A DNA stretch of 64,000 nucleotides, taken from positions 1,536,001 through 1,600,000 of the forward strand of contig OZ240241.1 in the NCBI GenBank assembly GCA_965198115.1. The letters are read 5' to 3'. The translations under genes were made by a program, and so were the position numbers. Numbering within the stretch: position 1 is the stretch's first letter; every line of letters starts with the position of its first letter. Source of the stretch: Candidatus Latescibacterota bacterium. Lineage in GTDB: Bacteria; Latescibacterota; UBA2968. The notes below the pieces were generated by a model. The model was given only the letters and a program-made list of their open reading frames with translations, ran no database searches and had not been told where the DNA came from. Below, piece by piece: positions 1 through 9,213 of this stretch.

Positions 1-973
1 CGTCACACGCGACAGCCTTTCGGGGACGATTCCCGAAACCGTGTTCATCACGTTTCAGATGACCTTCGCGATCATCACCCCGGCTCTCATCGCCGGCGCG
101 TTCGCGGAGCGAATGAAGTTTTCCGCGATGCTGCTCTTTATGGCCCTGTGGTCGATCGTCGTCTACGCACCCATCTGCCACATGGCTTGGTCAGGCGACG
201 GATCCTACTTCGGTGACCATCTGGCGGTACTCGATTTTGCCGGCGGCACGGTCGTCCACATCAACGCCGGCATCGCTGCCCTCGTCGCCGCCATCCTGAT
301 CGGCAAGCGGCAAGGTTTCCCACAGACCCCCATGCCTCCCCACAGCCTCACGCTGACCGTCGTGGGCGCCTCTATGCTCTGGGTCGGCTGGTTCGGCTTC
401 AATGCAGGTAGCGCCGTCGCCGCCGACGGCAACGCCGGTATGGCCATGCTGGTGACGCAGATCTCCACCGCCGCGGCCACCCTCGCCTGGATGCTGGTCG
501 AATGGGGCAAACACGGCAAGCCAAGCATACTGGGTGCGGCGACGGGTGCGGTCGCGGGCCTCGTGGCCATCACACCGGCATCAGGATCAGCCGGACCCAT
601 AGGCGCTTTGATCATCGGCATCGCCTCCGGCGTGATCTGCTTCTGGGGGGCGACGTCGCTCAAGCAGAAACTCGGCTACGATGACTCTCTCGATGCCTTC
701 GGTGTTCACGGAATCGGCGGGATCGTCGGAGCCTTCCTGACCGGCATCTGCGCCTCCGAAAGCCTGGGAGGGGCTGGCTTTGCGGCCGCCTCGATGGGCG
801 CGCAGCTGAAGGGTCAGGTCATCAGTATTGTCTTCACCGTCGTCTACAGCGGTATTCTCTCACTCATCCTGCTCAAGATCGTGGACGCCATCGTCGGCTT
901 GCGCGTTTCACAGGATGAAGAGGTCGGCGGCCTCGACATTGCCCTGCACGACGAACGCGGCTACAACATGTAA
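1..973 (+). CDS. amtB: Ammonium transporter (5' end lies before the window)
   Basis: Amt motifs FQMTFAIITPALIAGAFAER, DFAGGTVVH, GWFGFNAGS, YDDSLDAFGVHG; frame is open to the window edge. Confidence 0.97.
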   Translation, partial: VTRDSLSGTIPETVFITFQMTFAIITPALIAGAFAERMKFSAMLLFMALWSIVVYAPICHMAWSGDGSYFGDHLAVLDFAGGTVVHINAGIAALVAAILIGKRQGFPQTPMPPHSLTLTVVGASMLWVGWFGFNAGSAVAADGNAGMAMLVTQISTAAATLAWMLVEWGKHGKPSILGAATGAVAGLVAITPASGSAGPIGALIIGIASGVICFWGATSLKQKLGYDDSLDAFGVHGIGGIVGAFLTGICASESLGGAGFAAASMGAQLKGQVISIVFTVVYSGILSLILLKIVDAIVGLRVSQDEEVGGLDIALHDERGYNM

Positions 974-1002
974 GATCAGACGATATCCCAGCCCCAGAAG
1001 AC

Positions 1003-1042
1003 GAGACGGGAGATCGAACAACGGTTCGGTCTCCCGTTTCTT
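1003..1042 (+). terminator. Putative intrinsic terminator after amtB
   Basis: Hairpin GAGACGGGAGATCGAAC...GTTCGGTCTCCCGTTTC followed by TTT. Confidence 0.55.
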
Positions 1043-1476
1043 TCATGCCCACTTCTCGCTTGCTCGGACCATCATGGTCGATTACCTAACAGCCGCGCGA
1101 ATCAGACTTCCTCTGCAGGCTAATTCGAAGGGCGAGAGGTGGCCAATACAACCAATCGGGACGCTTCGACTTCCGGCCTCTCGTCTTTAACCTGGCGCGG
1201 GGTCGATGTTTTCATTCTCGTCGCCTACCTGTTCATGACCCTCCTCTTCAGCCAACTCGGGTATCTGGATCGTCCTGGCGACCGTATCCGTGGTGGTGAC
1301 AGCGATCATTACTTCGTCTACCTCCCCGCCCTTCTCCTGAATGGCGATCTTGACTTTTCACACCTCATCAGGGATCTCGGCGGCGACAACGCGTACCTCT
1401 TTCCCTCGGACACCGACAGAGCTGGCAACCCTTACTCAATAGGCCCTGCCGTACTGTGGGCTCCGTTTTTCCTGAT

Positions 1477-2850
1477 GAGCTATAATCAAAAGGTGTGGAA
1501 AAAGAGAAAGGGCGACCCTACCCTTCCCGTGAGATAGTTGATTCACACAAAACCGGGTGAGAGGCCCGGTTGGGAAGGAGGATCGCCGTGAAGGAACATA
1601 CGCATAGAGCCCCATTGAAGTCCATGCCGACGTGGGAGACGGTTGACGATTGGATCCGTGAAGAGATCCAGGGCCGGTTCCAGTCCATTCTGGAGGAGGA
1701 GGCGACCGCGTTCTTGGGCCGGTCGTGGTATGAGCGCCGAGCCGAGGTCGATAGCTCCAGGGGCTACAGGAACGGCTACGGCAAGCCCCGGCGTCTCTCG
1801 ACGAGCTGCGGAACGATCAAGGTCCGGCGTCCCCGGGTTCGTGGTCTGGAAGAGCGGTTTGAAAGCCGCATCCTCCCCCTGTTCGCCCGGAGAACCAGGG
1901 CCATTGGAGATCTGCTTCCCGACCTTTATCTCCACGGTCTCTCCCAGGGCGACTTCGAGTTGTCTTTGCGTGCGCTGCTCGGTGATGGCGCGCCGCTTTC
2001 GCCGACCTCGATCGCTCGTCTTCGAGGGAAGTGGGAGGTCGACTTCCAGGACTGGAAAGAAAGGCGTCTGGATAATCGCGAACTGGTCTACGCCTGGGCT
2101 GATGGCATCTACGTCAAAGCCGGGCTCGAGCGCGAGAAGGCGTGTCTGCTGGTCGTGATCGGCGCGATGAGCGACGGCAGCAAGGAGATCCTGGCGATAG
2201 AACCCGGTTATCGAGAGTCTACAGAATCCTGGCTCACGGTGCTCCGGGATCTCCGGGATCGCGGGCTCGAACATCCTGTCCTGATCGCCGCGGACGGGAA
2301 TATGGGCATCTGGGCGGCCGTTGATCAGGTCTGGCCAGAGAGCCGGCAACAACGGTGCTGGAACCACAAGATCCTCAACGTGCTCGACAAGGTCGCCAAG
2401 CGTGCACAGGCTGAAGCCCGCGCACTGCTCGTCCAGATCCCCTATGCCGGCACGAAAAAGGAGGCCGAGAAGCTCCGGAAACGCTTTGCCGCACGGTATC
2501 GCTCACAGTTCCCTGCCGCCGTGGAGACGCTCGAAAGAGACTGGGATCGGATGGTCACGTTCTACGACTTCCCGAAGGAACACTGGAAACACCTGAGAAC
2601 CACGAACGTCGTCGAGAGCCCCTTTGCTTCCGTTCGGCTTCGCACAAACGCCGCCAGGCGATTCAAGAAAGTCAGGAACGCCACGACTCTCATCTGGCGT
2701 ACGCTCAAGGTCGCAGAGAGCCGATTCAGGAAACTCACCGCGCCACACTTGCTACAACAAGTCTACGATCAGAAACACTCAACCGGACCGCAGGTCGAAG
2801 CCGGGAAGATGGCCGCCTGATTTCTTTTACACACCTATTGACCTGAGCTC
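1477..2850 (+). mobile_element. IS256-family insertion sequence, copy 1 (1374 bp)
   Basis: Imperfect terminal IRs GAGCTATAATCAAAAGGTGTGG / rc GAGCTCAGGTCAATAGGTGTGT; 9-bp target duplication TTTCCTGAT at 1468-1476 and 2851-2859. Confidence 0.96.
1570..2820 (+). CDS. IS256-family (Mutator) DDE transposase
   Basis: Motifs GYRNGY, VRRPRVR, YLHGLSQGDF, WADGIY, ADG, QRCWNHK, LRTTNVVES. Confidence 0.96.
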   Translation: MGRRIAVKEHTHRAPLKSMPTWETVDDWIREEIQGRFQSILEEEATAFLGRSWYERRAEVDSSRGYRNGYGKPRRLSTSCGTIKVRRPRVRGLEERFESRILPLFARRTRAIGDLLPDLYLHGLSQGDFELSLRALLGDGAPLSPTSIARLRGKWEVDFQDWKERRLDNRELVYAWADGIYVKAGLEREKACLLVVIGAMSDGSKEILAIEPGYRESTESWLTVLRDLRDRGLEHPVLIAADGNMGIWAAVDQVWPESRQQRCWNHKILNVLDKVAKRAQAEARALLVQIPYAGTKKEAEKLRKRFAARYRSQFPAAVETLERDWDRMVTFYDFPKEHWKHLRTTNVVESPFASVRLRTNAARRFKKVRNATTLIWRTLKVAESRFRKLTAPHLLQQVYDQKHSTGPQVEAGKMAA

Positions 2851-3533
2851 TTTCCTGATCGGCCATCTTGTCTGTCTCCTCACGGATTGATACACGACGG
2901 ATGGTCTTTCATCACCCTACCGGATGGCGGTCTACATCGGGAACAGTCTGACCACCGCATTCGGCCTGTTCCTGACCACTCGATTTCTACGAAATACGGG
3001 GTGTTCGAAAGTTGGATCGCTCGTCGCCATCTTGTCCATCATCTTCGCCACTCAGTTGACCTACTACCTCTGGCCAAAATCGGCAACATCTCACGGAACA
3101 TCCTTCGCTACTGTCGCCCTCTTTGCCTGGTCAGCTACGCGGTATGGCATCTCGTGGCAGTCAGGACTCACCGGAGGACTTGCAGCCCTGATGCGGTGGC
3201 AGAATGCGCTGATCGTCTGCCCGATCTCGATTGCACTACACGTAAAGCAGCGCGGAAGGATCTTCGACGCGTCTGATGCTCGAAAATGGGCAGCCTTCCT
3301 TGCAACCGCCCTGCTTGCCCTATCACCTCAAATACTGGTCTGGTGGTCCCTCTATGGTTCTCCCTTCGTAGTACCGCAGGGCGGGAGCTATGTGGATTTC
3401 TCCGATCTTCCGCTAGTGAGGATCCTGTTCAGCCCTCGTCACGGACTCCTCCTGTGGCATCCCATCCTCATCGCAGGACTCGGTGGCTTGGCGCTGGGCT
3501 ACCAAGGGGATAGGCATTGGATCACGGCAATCG

Positions 3534-4354
3534 TGTTACGGCTTACGATAAATTCCCGCCCAGACAACGCTATTCGCATTCTCACGCACCAAGAACTGAC
3601 GACCGGAGATAAGGGAGGATGAACTCTCTGGGCGTCCCGATGTAGACCGCGCCCTTTTCATTTTCCCACACGCGCGAGAAGTAGGCTCTCGAACCGCGAA
3701 AATAGCGCGTTTCGACCGGTTAGGCTCAAGACGTGGCCAGGCCAGGTCCCAGCGGGCATAGGGGGTGCGCGGTGTTGGCCCTGGGCGCGTCGCTGGCCCG
3801 AGGCCCGCACCAGGGGGGTAGGGGGGGTGGAAACGGTCAGCTCTCTTTTTTGGACACCGGTAGTGGACCGTTTCTTCTACTAAAACGTCCTAATTTTCGT
3901 TCCGGGGGGCGCATCGCGGCCGTTGTCGACGAAAGAGGGGTTTTCAGGTGTCGGAAACACTTAAACCAGTGCAAAAACAAGAGCTTGCGTCTGTCGACAA
4001 GGCGGCTTTGAAGGTGCTTCCCGAAAATGGCGAAGCGGGGTAGAAAATCGGCCGTCTCCCTGGCGGTGCTGCCGATGGCGGACCCGTCGGAGGTCGAGAG
4101 CGTTTCGCGTCCCGATCCCCCGGAATGTGCCAAACGCGTTCGCGTAAAGAAAGGGACATCAGGCGTAGGTCCGACAACCGCTTTTGGCCGTTGCGCCTTG
4201 TAAGTACTCCTATGGCACTATGTCGCATGGCCGCCAGATCTTAGGTGACCCTCAACTCATTAGGGAACGGTCTCCACTGTTAACCGTATTGAAACGATTC
4301 TGCCTATTCTGCGAATAGCTTAAGCCGGGCGGAGAATTATCGCAAGGCGTCACA
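3534..4354. mobile_element. Non-autonomous TGT...ACA element (MITE-like, IS21-type ends), 821 bp, no transposase
   Basis: 45-bp imperfect IRs at 3534-3578 and 4310-4354 (34/45 ungapped matches by eye); 7-bp target duplication GCAATCG at 3527-3533 and 4355-4361; interrupts the GT-C frame exactly. Confidence 0.9.
4027..4203 (+). pseudogene. 5' fragment resembling a phage terminase small subunit (58 aa, inside the MITE)
   Basis: Translates MAKRGRKSAVSLAVLPMADPSEVESVSRPDPPEC...; the basic RGRK start and RPDPP segment resemble TerS N-termini of cos phages; lies just downstream of a cos-like motif. Confidence 0.55.
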
Positions 4355-5161
4355 GCAATCGGCATCGCTATCGTGCTTCAATGGGTCATGAACGCCGCCA
4401 TAATGGACTGGTGGGGAACGTGGTCTTTCGGCCATCGGCGGTTCGTCAACCTGTTGCCATTCTTGGCCTGGGGTATTGCGCTCCTCTACGATCGGCTGGC
4501 GGCTCGCCGACGTCTTTTCCTCGTGACCATCGGTTTGCTAGCGGTCTGGAACCAGCTGTTCCTCTATCAATATCAGAACGGGCTGATTCCCCGAAGCAAA
4601 AGCCCCACATTCACGGAGTTTGTGACCGATAAGTTTGGCCTGTCCCGCGTGTGGGAGGCCCAACTCCACGTCAACACGGCGATCACTGCCTTCAGACGAA
4701 ACGACTTCCCTAATTTCCTCAATCAGGCAAACACAGCCTATCGTACGTATCCTGAATACCGCAACAGCCGACTCGTGTATTCCGTGGCCGGTACGGCATT
4801 GCAGGACGGGGAGACGGCTGAATCACTCTTCGCCGCGTGGCATCAAGAAGAGCCGACCAACCTCGTGGCAACGTGGGGTCTGGCAGACGCGTGGATCAGA
4901 GCGAACAGACGCGATGAGGCGGCACGACTTTTTGAACCGAACCTTTGGGGGAAAACCGGCAGGGAAGTAGTCGACTTGATTCGTACGGGTAACGAACCCC
5001 TGATGGATCAGACGTTTTTCAATTTTTACAGGGCAGAGCTCGACTCCGTCTATATTCACTAAGCAGCATCCGTCTCACGCGTCACACTTGACCAGAGATT
5101 GGAAAAGGGGCTTATTCAGACCTCCATCGAGCAATCGTAATCACGAACAACGAGGCGAGCT

Positions 5162-5773
5162 GTGACACAAGTAAAAGCAACGAATGTCGTCTGGCACGAA
5201 GGGCACGTGGGAAGGAACCAGAGGGCGCAGCTTCTCAAACAAAAGGGCGTACTGATCTGGCTGACTGGGCTACCCAGCTCGGGAAAGAGCACCATCGCCT
5301 TCACGACCGAACACATTCTGGTCGAGAAACACAACCGGCTGGCCTACGTGCTGGACGGAGACAACATCCGCCACGGTCTGAACAAGAATCTCGGATTCAG
5401 TGCGGAAGACCGGGCAGAGAACATCCGCCGGATTGGCGAGGTGGGAAAACTGTTCGCCGACGCTGGCTTAGTCACCCTCAGCAGTTTCGTTTCACCCTAT
5501 CGCCAGGACCGCGATGCCGTCCGAGAGCTCTTGGATGATGGAGATTTCATCGAAGTCTTCATCGACACACCGCTCGAGCTCTGTGAAGAACGCGACCCGA
5601 AGGGGCTCTATGCGAAGGCCCGATCCGGTGAGATCCCTAATTTCACTGGCATATCGGATCCGTACGAGGCCCCCGAGAATGCGGAGATAGTCATCGAAAC
5701 GGCAAACACTTCGCCCGAAAATGCCGCCAATCAGATCATCGACGAATTGGAGAAGCGTGGAAAGCTGAGCTGA
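5162..5773 (+). CDS. cysC: Adenylyl-sulfate (APS) kinase
   Basis: WLTGLPSSGKST P-loop, LDGDNIRHGLNKNLGFS, RDPKGLY, FTGISDPYEAP. Confidence 0.97.
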   Translation: MTQVKATNVVWHEGHVGRNQRAQLLKQKGVLIWLTGLPSSGKSTIAFTTEHILVEKHNRLAYVLDGDNIRHGLNKNLGFSAEDRAENIRRIGEVGKLFADAGLVTLSSFVSPYRQDRDAVRELLDDGDFIEVFIDTPLELCEERDPKGLYAKARSGEIPNFTGISDPYEAPENAEIVIETANTSPENAANQIIDELEKRGKLS

Positions 5774-5809
5774 GACAGCGGCTTGTCGGGGAATAAAGTG
5801 TTCGGTGGT

Positions 5810-6493
5810 TCAGTGTTCAGGGGCACCGAGCCTTCGCCCCGCTGGATATCCTGAAGTGGTTCCACAGGAAAAGACGTACGGCAGTTGTCGTACGTCTTTT
5901 GGTTGTACACACTGAATGCGATTCTGCTTCTTCCCGAGAACCCAATCCACCGCCTCTTGCAGATCTTTAGCCACGTGATCCACTCGACGCCGTTGACCGT
6001 CATCCAGTTTCTCAAACTCGTGCGTGCCGTGTCCAGTCAGCAACATGACGCTGCGGCATCCCGCCGCGATTCCAGCCACGACGTCCGAATAGTGATCGCC
6101 AACCATGAAGGAGGATGACAGGTCGAGGTCATGCTCTTCTGCTGCGCTCACCAACTGACCCGGTTCCGGCTTACGACATTCGCATTCCTGTTTGTAGAAA
6201 CCGATTCCCTCATCGGGATGGTGAGGACAATACCGAATCGCATCCAGCCGAACTCCTTCGTCTTCCAGCAGATCTTCGAAAGCCTGCAGCACCCGACGTA
6301 GCTGCGGCTCCGTCATCAAGCCCCTCGCCACACCGGCCTGGTTAGTAACCAGTACAAGAAAATAGCCGGCCTCCTTCAGCTGGCGAATGGCGTTCACTGC
6401 ACCCGGAATCAGCTCGAACTGCGCCGGATCCGTGATGTGACCGACGTCCTCATTGATAGTGCCGTCGCGGTCGAGGAATACTGCTTTCTTCAC
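5810..6493 (-). CDS. gmhB: D-glycero-D-manno-heptose 1,7-bisphosphate phosphatase (HAD family), C-terminus apparently extended
   Basis: FLDRDGTIN, VTNQAG, CPHHP, CECRKP, MVGD motifs. Confidence 0.9.
   Translation of the reverse strand: MKKAVFLDRDGTINEDVGHITDPAQFELIPGAVNAIRQLKEAGYFLVLVTNQAGVARGLMTEPQLRRVLQAFEDLLEDEGVRLDAIRYCPHHPDEGIGFYKQECECRKPEPGQLVSAAEEHDLDLSSSFMVGDHYSDVVAGIAAGCRSVMLLTGHGTHEFEKLDDGQRRRVDHVAKDLQEAVDWVLGKKQNRIQCVQPKDVRQLPYVFSCGTTSGYPAGRRLGAPEH
5869..5900. terminator. Bidirectional terminator-like hairpin between convergent cysC and gmhB
   Basis: AAAAGACGTACGGCA-GT-TGTCGTACGTCTTTT with A and T tails. Confidence 0.6.
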
Positions 6494-6527
6494 GACCTCC
6501 CTCCACGAAGGCTACTCATGGAGTATC

Positions 6528-7613
6528 CTATTCCTTCTTCCACATTTCCGAAGGTGTGTAATCAGGAATCATCTCCTTCAGCTTAGCGACGATCCCCGCC
6601 CGATCTGGGACCTTCGCCAGAACTGCGAGCTCATCGATCACCTGATTGAGGGCGTCACAATCCACCTTGTCCGGCTGTGCGATGAAGATCTTACGATGCT
6701 TCGTCGATCGTACACCCTCGTTATGGGTCAATAGCTCCTCGTGGAGCTTGTCACCGGGTCGAAGCCCAATCGGCTTCAGCTCGATGTCGATACCCGGTTC
6801 TTTGCCTGCGAGGCGGATCATTTCCGTGGCCAGATCGAGAATGCGAACCGGCTCTCCCATATCCAGAATGAAGATTTCGCCGTCTTTTCCCATTGATCCG
6901 CTCTGGATCACAAGACGAGCCGCCTCTGGAATCGTCATGAAATAGCGTGTCGCTTCTGGATGAACCGTTACCGGCCCTCCCTCGGCAATCTGCTGCTGCA
7001 GTAACGGGATGACTGATCCACGCGACCCCAGAACGTTTCCGAAACGAACAGTCACAAAGACGATCTTGGGCTGCCGCGCAAGGCTCTCGATCTGGAATTC
7101 GGAAACGCGCTTCCCCGCCCCATACACGCACGCTGGACGAACTGCTTTGTCCGTCGAGATCATCACGAAGTGGTGTGATTCGAATTCGTGCGCCAACTCG
7201 CTGACAATCCGGGTCCCGACGATGTTGTTCTTCACGACCTCTTCGGGAAACGTCTCGATCAGATCGACGTGCTTGTGGGCGGCCGTATGGAAAACAACGC
7301 GTGGACGATGCTCAGCGAAAACCGCTTTCATCCTGTCCGGATCGCGAATGTCAGCAATGACCGGCGTCGCCTTGAGATCTGGGAACCGCTTTCTCATCTC
7401 GACATCGACCTCCCAGATGCTCTGCTCACCACGACCGAGCAGCAGGAGGTCGGACGGCTGGAACCGGCCGATTTGTCGGCAGAGCTCTGAACCGATGGAT
7501 CCACCCGCTCCTGTCACAAGGACAGTCTGTCCCTTCAGATAGGCAGCGATTTCTTCGAGGTCCCATTCGATCTCGTCGCGGCCGAGGAGTTTATGAAGTT
7601 GTGAGTCGATCAT
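6528..7613 (-). CDS. CapD/PglF-like nucleotide-sugar 4,6-dehydratase (catalytic domain only)
   Basis: VTGAGGSIGSELCRQ, HTAAHKHV, ISTDKAV, VRFGNVLGSRGSVIP, TRYFMTIPEA. Confidence 0.92.
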   Translation of the reverse strand: MIDSQLHKLLGRDEIEWDLEEIAAYLKGQTVLVTGAGGSIGSELCRQIGRFQPSDLLLLGRGEQSIWEVDVEMRKRFPDLKATPVIADIRDPDRMKAVFAEHRPRVVFHTAAHKHVDLIETFPEEVVKNNIVGTRIVSELAHEFESHHFVMISTDKAVRPACVYGAGKRVSEFQIESLARQPKIVFVTVRFGNVLGSRGSVIPLLQQQIAEGGPVTVHPEATRYFMTIPEAARLVIQSGSMGKDGEIFILDMGEPVRILDLATEMIRLAGKEPGIDIELKPIGLRPGDKLHEELLTHNEGVRSTKHRKIFIAQPDKVDCDALNQVIDELAVLAKVPDRAGIVAKLKEMIPDYTPSEMWKKE

Positions 7614-7740
7614 ACAATAACGATAGGGTTGAGCGCTGTTCGAGACAATGGGACTAACTATGTCAGCCTTGCAGCCCCTTACAGGGCGAGGCAGAAGAGC
7701 AGGCGTGGCAATTTGTTGTGCTTTGGGTCCTCTTTGAACG

Positions 7741-9213
7741 TCACTCTTGTCCTGCTCCCGTTCTCTCTTCCCCCGTTCTCCCGCTCAGCCGTTCCACGGC
7801 CAACTTCCCCTCCAGGTGGTTCGGTAGTAGAGCAATCGTCTCCTTGTATTTCGCAAGTGCACCAGTTGTATCCCCCCCTGCCTGCAGGCAAAGCCCGATC
7901 CGATAGTGGGCGTCGGCAAAGTCCGGTTCCAACTCGGTCGCACGCCGATACTGTATCGCTGCCTGAAGGACCTGTCCCTGCTCAAACAGGGCGCGACCGA
8001 CCTTGTATTCGGCATAGGCATCATCAGGTTGCAGATCGGCTGCTTTTCGATAGTGTTCGAGTGCGCTGCCGAATTGGTCTCGATAGAACTGGATGTTACC
8101 CAGAAAAATCCATTCATCGAAAGTTTTCGCCTCGATGTTCGGTAGATAGGCAAACCGGTTAGCGAGTTCCAGGAAGTTCCGCGAATCGCCTAATCGCCAG
8201 TACGCAACCCCCAGTGCGTCCTGGACATTTCGGTTGCGCCCCTTTTCGAGCACGCGCTCGTAGGACCGCGCGGCGTTCGCCCACCTCTCAGCCGCCAGGT
8301 ACACATCGCCCGACTTTCGTTCCGCGTCCGTGCGGTCGAGTGTCGCACGCGTAAGGCGGCCCAGGAGACTTTGGGCCTCCTTGTCGTGTCCGAGCCGAAA
8401 CTGGAGAACGGCCAGGTCGCTCAGGTAGCGGTCTCGCGCGTAACCAAGGTCGACGGTTTCGTTCAGGCGGTCGGCCGCCTCATAATGTCTTCTTGCCTCG
8501 TCCCAGGCATCCCTTTCGTAGGCCGCCTGCCCATCTGCGAGATGAGTCATCACGCCGACAGTGCGGTAGCCTCCGTAGACGATCGTAGGAAGCCAGAGAA
8601 CAGCCAGAGCAAGGGCGGGACCCACCCAACGACCGAGCCACACGGGCAACGATGGACGCCAAGCATCGTCTCCGTAAACACGAGTGATCGCCACCCACCA
8701 GCCGGCGTAGGAAAGCACTTTGACAACTGCAAGATATGTATCCCATCCCGTTGGGACGCCTACCGCGGCCCTCGACAACAATGCGAGGATCGCTGCCCCG
8801 ATAACGGTAACGAGGACTATCCGATCGAGCGTCGTCAACCGCGCCCAGATCAGGCTCTCCCGGTAGGCCACGGCAGCAATCAGGCCACTCAGGAGACCCG
8901 CCAACGTCGACACCTCATACAGGGGATTAAGACGAGACTGCGGTACCCGGTAATGGATTCCCGCCGTTGACGCGTCAAACTGTGTGACGATGAAGGCAAC
9001 TGTGATCGCCAGGATCACACTCGCACTCGGCGTCAGCGTCCCGTTGGTCACGACCCCTGCCCAGTGCCGTTTAACGAGAACCCCGAGTGCCACCGACACG
9101 AGAAGAAGCCTGAGGCATTCCGTCCAGGACAGGAGGTCAATAGACACCAAACTGATCAGGATTGTCACGAGGACGGATAGGTGCGTAAACCACTGGGTCG
9201 TAGGCTTAGACAC
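7741..9213 (-). CDS. Membrane protein with C-terminal TPR repeats
   Basis: Several hydrophobic segments then TPR patterns (A..HYRKA..L.P, PDFADAHYRIG). Start placed at the GTG overlapping the upstream stop. Confidence 0.75.
   Translation of the reverse strand: MSKPTTQWFTHLSVLVTILISLVSIDLLSWTECLRLLLVSVALGVLVKRHWAGVVTNGTLTPSASVILAITVAFIVTQFDASTAGIHYRVPQSRLNPLYEVSTLAGLLSGLIAAVAYRESLIWARLTTLDRIVLVTVIGAAILALLSRAAVGVPTGWDTYLAVVKVLSYAGWWVAITRVYGDDAWRPSLPVWLGRWVGPALALAVLWLPTIVYGGYRTVGVMTHLADGQAAYERDAWDEARRHYEAADRLNETVDLGYARDRYLSDLAVLQFRLGHDKEAQSLLGRLTRATLDRTDAERKSGDVYLAAERWANAARSYERVLEKGRNRNVQDALGVAYWRLGDSRNFLELANRFAYLPNIEAKTFDEWIFLGNIQFYRDQFGSALEHYRKAADLQPDDAYAEYKVGRALFEQGQVLQAAIQYRRATELEPDFADAHYRIGLCLQAGGDTTGALAKYKETIALLPNHLEGKLAVERLSGRTGEERTGAGQE

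Larger units (their letters stand above)
1139..5062 (+). pseudogene. Polytopic membrane glycosyltransferase (GT-C-like) with a TPR-like C-terminus, disrupted by IS256, an in-frame TGA and an 821-bp insertion
   Basis: Removing both insertions with one copy of each target duplication restores one frame: ...WAPFFL|IGHLVCLLTD*YTTDG...HWITAI|GIAIVLQWVMNAAIMDWWGTWSFGHRRF. Motifs GDSDHYFVY, N.YSIGPA.LWAPF, LFSPRHGLL.WHP and WW.G.SFG.RRF fit this family. Confidence 0.85.

Noticed and set aside
2888-2890. TGA recoding (Trp or Sec) in the glycosyltransferase
   Set aside because: TGA is a normal stop for many intact genes here, and this gene is already disrupted by two insertions.
3733-4228. ORFs 3733..4011, 3837..4133 and 3944..4228 as real genes
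   Set aside because: Low-complexity translations with no recognisable motif; they cross the G-rich cos-like DNA.
3534-4354. Tn7-like or CAST mini-element
   Set aside because: Ends are TGT...ACA, but the duplication is 7 bp rather than 5 bp and I see no arrays of TnsB-binding sites.
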